Positions 52,483 through 62,300 of a stretch of 64,000 bases of DNA are shown here, piece by piece. Under the pieces are notes generated by a model that was not told the origin of the DNA, did no database searches, and worked only from the letters and a program-made list of their open reading frames with translations. Position 1 is the stretch's first letter. Every line of letters starts with the position of its first letter. A program made the translations under genes and the position numbers. The stretch is from NCBI GenBank assembly GCA_904063045.1, contig CAJFCJ010000028.1, forward strand, positions 558,001 to 622,000. The letters run 5' to 3'. This DNA comes from Dimorphilus gyrociliatus. Taxonomy: Eukaryota; Animalia; Annelida.

Positions 52483-55264
52483 ATGGCGGCTGGTAGCAAA
52501 CGATGGATCTTTACAGCCGAACAACTTCAAAATACGCCTTCCCGGCAAGATGGAGTAGACGGAAAAAAAGAATTATATTATAGGCAACAAGCTGCTAGTA
52601 CAATTCAAGATTTAGGACAAAAATTACAAGTGTATCCTTTTTTTTCGTTTTCCAGCATGCTGTCAAAAAGGTTGATGGCTTTCGCTATATATTGTATGGC
52701 TTATTTAGTATTTTATGCAGTAAGCAGGTCAAATAGGGGACTGTTAGCTAAATACCTATTTCTCTGTGGAAGAGATTAATTAAAATTCAGGATTATATTC
52801 TCGATGAGTCATTTCCTTAACTAGATAGTACGCAATTATGTATAAATACAGCTATAGTTTATATGCATCGTTTCTACATGTTCCATTCCTTCCTGAAGTT
52901 TTCAAGAAACGTAAGTATTAGCTTTTTTTCAATATTTTGCTCTTGAGCAAGTTAAAAAAACACGTGATCTACCTTTCCTGAGTATCTTTAGTTTTCGTGT
53001 GAATTTTAAAGTAATATATATAAAAAACCTTAGGTTTAACTTCAAATTATCATATGTAATATATTTAAGCTCAGAATTTCTGTAAAACAACCTAATTTCA
53101 CCGAAATCTGAATGAAAAACTCAATTTTGAATTATTGATTAAATTTACCGGCAGATGAGATGATTATAGCAGCTGTACTTTATTTCTAATAAAGATGATA
53201 AAATTTGATATATTCTTTAAAACTTACAATAAATTAACTCTTAATATCTGCATTTTCAGACCGTCTCCCTTGCTTGTTTGTTTTTGGCTGCCAAAGTGGA
53301 AGAACAACCGAAAAAATTAGAATACTTAGTCCGATATAGCTACATGATGTCCCACAACAAAGATCCAAAGAACCTGGACGTGAAAAGCAAAGTAATTAAT
53401 TATCATTTGTAAATTATTTTATTTTTTAACGTTCTTATTATTTATAGGAATTTAGTGAAAAAGGTCAAGAATTAATCGAGTACGAGAGTTTCTTACTGCA
53501 AACATTAGGCAAGTGCTTTTTTATAGGAAGGCACAATTGATTATAAAGTAGTTTGTGCAGGATTTGATTTGACTGTCACTCATCCTCACATGCACGTTAT
53601 GGAGACATGCAATCTAGTCAGAGGTAATTATACAACTTTTCTATCTCTTCTAAACTTACTTTCATAAAAAGTTTGCATTGCAAGACCAAAGAATTTCAGC
53701 TTTTATGTCTATCCAATCGAAGAGCCGAGATTATTAAGAACAGTTAAAAAAACCATACCTGAATATTTATTTGGATGATATTCTTAAAAACTCCTTCAAG
53801 GGAGTTGAAGCAATTATCAAGAATACATTCGTTTAAAAAATTGCTTTATTATTCTGTCAATTATTTAGTTGATAATTCTTACCTTAAATGCGGTTCAGGG
53901 ATTCGTGCAAAGAAACAGCTTTCTTCGTATACTTTAAATTTTTAAATTTTGTGATTTTTACAGCTCCCAAAGATTTAGCTCAGACATCTTACTTTCTAGC
54001 AACAAATAGTTTACATTTAACAACTTTATGTTTACAACACGAAACTAAAGTTGTATCAGTTGTTTGTATTCATTTGGCATGTAAATGGTCAAATTGGGAA
54101 ATTCCAGAATCTAGCGAAGGAAAACCTTGGTGGCATTACACGGATAAGAGCATAACGAACAAATTGATTGACAGTAGGATATCCAATTTTATTTTGTTAA
54201 AAAAATATAAAAGCTAAAAGATAATTACCAAATTCATAATGTTAATTCACCTTATTCAATTTCAATTTACACAGAACTGACTGACGAATTCCTAGCAGTT
54301 TTAGATCAATGCCCCAGTAAATTAAAAAGCAAAATTATGCAATGGGAGGTATGAAGCGATATGTTTATAAAATATATCAAATATGTTAAATTGAAATTAT
54401 TTTAAGAATAAAAAACCAAGCGATTCACCTCCCCAGTCTTCTGACAGTCCAGTTTCTACGACTGTTAGCAAACCACCAGTTAAGACAAGTACAGCAAGTG
54501 AAACTCAGAAACCTCAAGTGCCGCCAGCAACTTCATCACATCAACATCATAATTCTGCACCAGGGAAACTAAGACCTCCTCATCTTCCTTCCACCGATAC
54601 CAGCACATTACGACGAACATCAACAGAACCTGTCTTGGCTCACCATCATCACAATACCCATCATCATCATACCTCTGGGAATCCAAGCATGAGCAAACCC
54701 CCTCAGTCCCATCCACATAAAAAAATAGCTCCGCCAAGAACTCCTCTCGGATCCCCACCTCCTGCAAATATTCGACGCAGGGCGAAACCGCCGGAGGTGA
54801 AGAAACCAGAAGCCACAGGTCCGAAACAAGAACCTAAGAGAGAGATACCCGAAGTTAAAAAAGAAGCTACTGAACCGTCAAAAATACTTAAGGACGCTTT
54901 GCCCTCCCTTCCAAAGCCATTAAGTCCATTGGACAAAGTAAAACCAGAATCGTCCCCACCCAAGCAGGATGAACCAAAAGATTCAGAAAAAGAAAAGCTT
55001 GAGCTAGGTAAGATTACGATACGTATCAAAGTACCGACCGCTCCCGATGATCCTGCTGCTTTGGCATCTAATTCCAAAGATAAAAAGAAAAAGAAAAAGA
55101 AGCATAAAGAAGGGAAAGATAAAAAGCATAAAAAAGATAAGGATGATAGAAAAAGAGCTCATAGTCCAATAGCCAGTTCAGAAAGACCAAAAAAATTTCC
55201 AAAATTAGAGCCTGTATTAAATGGTGATAACGATAAAGGATTAAAGGTTAAGCTAAAAAAATAG
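52483..55264 (+). CDS. CCNT: Cyclin T (P-TEFb/CDK9 regulatory subunit), 542 aa
   Basis: Eight exons: 52483-52631, 52829-52910, 53260-53391, 53448-53508, 53561-53623, 53964-54173, 54275-54348, 54407-55264; total 1629 nt. Motifs [54 protein letters not shown]...[20 protein letters not shown]. His-rich tract [10 protein letters not shown] and ITIRIKV in the tail. An in-frame ATG at 52468 is an alternative start. Confidence 0.96.
52632..52828 (+). other. U12-type (minor spliceosome) GT-AG intron, cyclin T intron 1
   Basis: 5' end GTATCCTTT, branch sequence TTTCCTTAAC at 52812-52821, no polypyrimidine tract, and AG at 52827-52828. Splicing here restores the conserved [12 protein letters not shown] frame. 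Confidence 0.88.
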
Positions 55265-56338
55265 TCTGCTCAATGTTACGGGAAAGTGAATTTGAAGTTG
55301 TCCAATAGGGGTGGGTTGAATCTATGAGGGATAGGAATTTATCATTTTTTTGTACATAATATCAAATTTTAAAAAAAAACTGTAAAACGTCTCTTTGTGC
55401 GAATTTAGCGTGAAATATGTTGGATCACATGCAGAAAACGATTCATTTACTATTTATTTCTTTGTAACGTCATGGTGTTTTTATGGGACCACGATTAGGA
55501 TTAGTTGTACATAAAATAGTGGTGTAAATGATTTTTATACATGATATTCAGTCTTTGGTTATGTCTTCTGTACAGGTTAACAATATATTAACCGTTAGTC
55601 ATTCTTGAAAAAAGCCTCTTCCACTTTGTTAACTGCTGTAGTATCCTTTATATTTATAAAACTAAAGAATATGTTTACCTCATAATGACAACTTTTTTCA
55701 AGCTTAAAAAAATGAGTTTGCTCATTTTTTTACAGATATCTTATGTTTTAATCGTTACACCAAATAGCATAATTTAAATGGCAAGTTTTATTATGTGCTA
55801 AATTTATCGAGGGAACAAAAATGTGAGTCTAACTGAGCTAAAGTTTCTAAACATAGGAGCTACAAAGGTTCACTCATCTTTGCACGTGTTTAGCCAGGTT
55901 TTTTTAGTTAGACTATAATCGTGTTGAAAAAACACTGCCTTTTCTATTATTTCAACCGTAAAAGTCGCTCTAATTAAACACTGTTTAAGACAATCATTTT
56001 ATTAATTGAATGATTAAATCATAATAATATTATGTATTGCATAATTTGTATATGTGTATACTGTATAATATATATATATATATATTTAAAAGCTAAGAAC
56101 GAAAGTCTTGGTCGTCCCAAGATCATCATTCTTTGCCAAAAAAATAGCAAACAGACAAAAAAAAGTCGAGCAGGAGATACGAAACCTCAAACATTACTTT
56201 ATCACTTTTTTCTGTCAGTAATTAGACTTTGATAAGATTTTATACATTATTTTCATACAGTGACTGTTAAACAACATTTTTTTGAGTTTTTAAATGAAGT
56301 TATATAATTACTATATAGGTTATATTTTATTATATAAA

Positions 56339-59300
56339 CTATGATATCAATAATTTTTGCTTCGTTTTCAAGTAGGAATCTGCGGAATTGTTGATTGATA
56401 GAAGAATCCCAAAATTTAGCTGTAGTTGAACGAAATAATTAAAAACAACATAAACTACTTGTATATATTTATGGATTGTTTAGTGTGTTTTACCTTATTT
56501 TTCTTTAATCTATTAAGAAACAGAAGTGGATTTTTATCTTTTTTCGCCGTATGCTGATCTATGCAAATCATTTGACATCGTTTACAATCTCCTGTTTTCT
56601 AAGTTGAGTCAAAAAACACTCCATTAGTTTGAATTAGATTCTAAGTAAGATTGAAATAAAAAACTACAGATGGCATGACGGTCTAATGAATGACTGCCTG
56701 TGGTTTGGTTTTTTGCTCTACCAATCCGATTTGAGACGGTTTCAATTTCAATTTCCACACCATCTAGAGATTTCTAATCTATTCTTGAAACTTACTGTTA
56801 AATTCAGCCCGTCTATCGTAATTTCCTTCCAGCACTCTTCGTGAAAGGGTGGAGAACCGCTCACAATTAGGTTTGCTCTGAATCGATCCTCTTCCCTTAC
56901 ATCTGTCGAAGATAATTCAATTAGGGAAAACCCTAGAATTGGTGCAAATTTAGTTACCAAATTTTGGCAGGGAAAGAAGCGATTGAACACTACTTCTAGA
57001 GATCAAAAGTAATTTCTCTTGATTACTGAATAAATCGCCTTTTCCTTCATTTACTTTATGAAAATACAGATAATTTTCTTTTAAATGACTTACAATGTTG
57101 AATATTTATGTAGAAAGGCTTAATTTTTATCTTATTTACATGGAATTCTTCGAATTAAGCGGCAACCTGACAGTCCCAATATCTGATTAAACCACTCGCT
57201 AGCTTCTTCGTCTTCTTCAATACCCTCAACTCTTTGTGATGAATAGAAAAAAGGACAATTACTATCATTTCCTGTTAATTCTATATACAATTTTTTCCCA
57301 ATTAATCAACTATAAGTATACTAAATTATTGAATAAATCTTCTTCGACTCGACATTCATAACTATTTATCCAAATGAATTGATAAAATGAATTTACAAAA
57401 ATAGAATTCCCCTTATTCTTTCCTGTAGATGGCTCTTGTACTTACATTTTTCCACAAACAGTCGCCTTCCTAGTAATTCGTCCTTTAACGGACCTTTTTA
57501 AAGTAACAATTTGTTTAAATACTTTTATGACAGTTACTCATTTTTGCTATCTCTTTCTCTCTCTCTCTCTGTCTCTCTGTATCTGTATGTCTCTCATTGG
57601 TTCATCCCCCTTCCTTTCTCCCTAACTCTTTGGAATAGTTTTTTGACTATCTTTTCATTCTTTACAAGTTTAAGGACAAAAAATTTATCTAATAAAAACA
57701 AGAGTAAAAAAGTAGGAAGAATAGATTTTTTTGTGCCGAATTTTCATAAGATAAACTGAGAAAGAGAGAGAGAGAGAGAGAGGGAGAGAGAAGAGATTGA
57801 GAACTGAGAATAAAAATTTTCGTTTCTTTTCATTAGTGATTCTTATCTTAATTTTGATAATAGTTAAAAATAAAGATACTTTAGTTTGTATTAATTAATA
57901 GTAGTTTAAATTCACAAAAAGTTACTTTAAAGAGATAATTAAGTTGTCTACTCCTGAAGAAAAATGAGACGTGGCTTAATTAGTTTAATATACTTAAATC
58001 TTAATTTAAAATTTCGGAGTCACGCACCTGGATAGGACAGAGTTATTTTTTTTAAAGTTAAATCTATTTCTGGCTTAACTAAGCATAAATTTGCGTGTTT
58101 CTTTTGAGTTATAGTATCTCCTCTAGCTGTTATTATCATCCATTGTCTATCGTATAGTAATTCTTGATTGAGAATTGGCCAGCTTCCATCCTAGGGTAAG
58201 GGTAGACAAAAAAGAAAGATTTATAAAAAATGGAAAATTTAAAGAGATCCCAAAATAGGAGAGGGGAAGTAAATTTACTATTTCAAAGGCGGCGCAGGAT
58301 TTAATCGGATAGACGCAAATGCGTTCGATAACCACCGAACAAGATTCCCTTTCCTGGTGTTTAGTTGGGGTTGTCTCCTTGAGGGAAGAAAAAAAAACAA
58401 AAAAGATATCATCGTCTCATTCACATATTCGTTTCATCTTTAAAATTAATTAAAATAGGCCTAATCAAAGTTAACCATTGAAAAGGAGAGTATACTTTGA
58501 AATAGAGCTATGTACGCATATCTGACCTTAGTTTATAATTAATACGTATAGTTTGCACATTGTATACAAATTTATAAATTACTTTTAAAGTATAACCATA
58601 TATACAGTAGAATAAATTAATTTATGAATACTCATTAATGCTATGACCTTCATGAATAAACTATTTATCGGCCTTACATATGATTTATTATAAATAGTAA
58701 TTTGACAACTTTCCTAACTAATTGGCGGGAAAGCTGATTTATTTTTTAACATGTAGTCCTATACACAAAAAAACCAGATTTTCACTTTTATTTATTTACA
58801 TACTTCAATGTTTCTATTGAATTTTTAAAAGGAAGCTGTCATATCCATGATCTATGAGGTTATATATTCTATTGAAGATGATGGGAATGAGTGGGAAAAC
58901 TAGAGAGGCTTAGGAGATACGTTTTAAACTTACTATAATAATTTATTTGGCGGGGAAGAAAGCCATTAATAAGTAAATAAAATTTATCTAGTAATGAGTT
59001 GACAATTAAATAAGCCTTTCAAAGTATTAATCAAGCTTTATCAAGGCTTTCGTATAGTAATAGATTCTTTTTCACCGGAAATGGGAGCAGGGTGGTGAGC
59101 AGGCCCCACTACGTAATAGAACTAATATGGAAGAGTACTATGACTAGTTTTGTGCCTGTAAATTATAAAAATAGAGAAAGTCCATACACTCATACGCGTG
59201 AGAATGGAAGAATTAAGATGGCTAAATGTAGGACTGTTTTAAAAGAAAGGATAAAAGAAACGTAGGAATGGTTTGAGGGCGCTAGTAGAAAATGGTAAGA

Positions 59301-62300
59301 ACCTTGTTCTCGTCAACAAAGTTAGTTAGAAACTTCAAGAATCTCTCGACATCCTCCCATAAAGTCATATAGCCAAAAGAAATTCTTATAGCACCCGTTG
59401 GTTTATCATTAATGAGATCATTATCGTCCCCACACACGTGACCCAAATCAAACTGCTTAAGAACCTCATCGTCAGAAAGTTTCAGAAAGTAATGACAGGC
59501 TCCCAAATTACAGAAGCATCCAGTCCGAAATTCTATATTGAATACTTTTGCCAGCTTGGTGACACGGCTATATCCGATAACGTTTCCGGAGGCGTCGAAT
59601 AAATTAAAGGCAATAACTGGTCCTTGCGTGTCCTTATTAATAGTGTCGTGTAACGAATATATTTCTATCAATTTCTTTCCGTTTGTGTGTTGAATAGATT
59701 TCAGACGACCAGCACATTTCTTTACAAGCTTTAACAATAAAAATAATAAAATATAAAATATTTTCTGGTAGTTTTTTCTTTTAAAAAAAAAAGCAATCAA
59801 TAAAATAAAGATAACATTTCGAAATACGAAGCATACATTCCTATATCATTATTTCGTAATAAAATTAATTTATTCTAATTAATGTCATTATCCTTTAAAT
59901 AATTAGCTAAAAGTTAAACCAAAAACAAAGATAGAAAGAAGAGGAAAGGAAGGAGAGAGAAAGATAGAAAGAGTATGAATAATGACAAAATAACAATATA
60001 TTAGCTTCTATCTTTTTTTTTATAATTTAAATAATAATGAAAATACGTATAGGCTTTCTTTCATTATTTACCATAAACGGTGATGCTGTAAAGAGGAAAA
60101 AAAATACTAAGAACAAAAGGAAGCATAGATGATTCTATAAAATCTCACACTCTGAAGCATTTCCTAAGCCTATAACTCCTATAACTTCTAAGTTCCAATA
60201 GACTTTCCTCTTGTAATTGATACATGAAAGAGAGAAGAGAAAACCGTAAAGCCGGTTACGAGCAACCCATGGAAAGGAGAAATCAAGATGAAAATTTGGA
60301 TATAGTTGCTGTAATTTGTCCTATTTTTCAGGATTTTTTGTAACTTTTTAAGGCGTTATTTGATTATTCTAACAGGGCTTTTCTGTACTCATTTAAGCTT
60401 ATAATTATTTAAGGATTAGGAAAATATATGGGAAAAATACGTGGGATGCTTTGAGGAAAGGTATAGGGAAAAAAAACATGTTTACCTTAGTCTTCTAATG
60501 TACGTTTAGCTCCAGGGTGTTTCCTTAATATATTTAATGGGCAGTGATTAATAAGTAAACTTTTATCGAAATTCTCTTAGAGAAAAAGATCTAAGGAAAA
60601 GGTCTTTTAAAAGTATCATGGTTAATTAAGCAAAATACTTGGAATCAGGTTATTTTGATTCGTTAAGAGAAACTGATAATTCGTGACAGGATGAAAATGA
60701 CTTTAAATTATAAAATTACTAGTCTAAATTCAGATTTCTTTTCTCCTTTGAATTCTATTCACATAATTGTCGAGTTGGAAGAATCTATCTACAATTCCTC
60801 TGCCTATTATGAAGCAATACGATAAATGCAAGGTCTTCTATTGTGTTCTGGATTACCCTTTCAGACCTAATTGCTGCTGATTGGCAGTTCGTCCCTTTGG
60901 TTACTAAGGACTAATCTTAGTTTCCTAAAAAAATAGTAAAAGGAAACGCTGATATAGCGCCGTTCTGGGCCTTCATAAAACACAAATAATAATCCTCGCA
61001 ATACATTGGGGGGAATAAGGCCAACAATAATTGAGATTTCCAACTAAATTATCTCTTCTCTGCCGAGAAAAGAAAAACAGATAAAGCTATTCGATGCATG
61101 TTAAGAAAAGAAAAAAGAAAAAAAAATGAGGGTAGGAAAATATCTTTGCTTAAACATTAGCGTTAAAAAAATATAATGCTACACCTGTCATTTTCATTCG
61201 CTTGTTTTTACTGGGATTTACCTAATTGTCTAATAACGAGATTACGATATTATACGGAACTTATTATTGTATATTACTATTACGAATAAAATAATAATTT
61301 AATGTGTTAATTAATTAATTAATTAAGTAGCTTGTAAGCGATTATGTTAAAAATAATGGCAATAAATAATACCTTGAAAGTATAATTCTGAACGTTTAGT
61401 ATACCTCCTGCAAAACACGAGAAATGAAGGAATATTTATATACTGTATATATACTGTATAATTTGCATTAATGTATATTTAAAATAAAATATTAAGAAAG
61501 TAAACAAATAAAAGAAAATAATAAGTTTATATATATATAAAAAAGAAGAGAACAAGGCGAAGAAATCTTTCTTGTATTTGTATAAAGAGAAAATGTAATA
61601 AATGTAATTAGAATGAAAGTAAATAAAAAATACAGTATCGAAACAAAAGAAAGGTAAGAAAAGACACACAAATAATAGAAATCTCTCTTTTTATCAAAGA
61701 AAATTTGATTGAAAATAGAAACTGAAACAAAGTGAAGGGAAAGAAAGAATTTCAACATATGCAGTTGAAATTGCATATACAATAGCATATGTCTCTATAT
61801 ATTTTTATATCAGCATGAGAAAGGAGGGATAAAAGGAGAATATGAGAAAGAAAGAAAGAAAGAGAAGACAGACAAACTGAAGTAAATTAAGAAAAATATA
61901 TAGCAAATATGCAATATTTATTTTATATAATACGACAACCTGTCAAAGTTTCGAAAGCTACCATTGCGTGTTGCAGTGCTAATATTTCCGTGAAAGGCAA
62001 ACTGCCGTCTTCGAAGCTGCAAAAAAGATATATATGCACACCACAATAAGAAATAAATCATATATAGTGTAAACTATAGACTATATGTTTTACTTTAGTG
62101 AAAGAAGCAAACTTTGAAAATCCTAGTGCTACATCTTTTGGACCTATAAACTTTTCTAATCTCTTATAAATAATAAAGAAAAAGTGCTAAAATATAGAAA
62201 GATTTATATATATATATATATATAGAGGGAGAGAGTGAGAGTGAAAGAGAGAAAAAAGCAGAAAGATGCCAAGATTTTTTTTGTTTGATAAACATGTGTT

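Noticed and set aside
52656-52670. In-frame 15-nt micro-exon at the start of cyclin T intron 1
   Set aside because: It would require a 24-nt upstream intron, too short for splicing.
53749-53786. AAACCAT and ATATTCTTA resembling the U17/snR30 m2 and m1 motifs
   Set aside because: The motifs are in the wrong order and not positioned relative to an ACA box.
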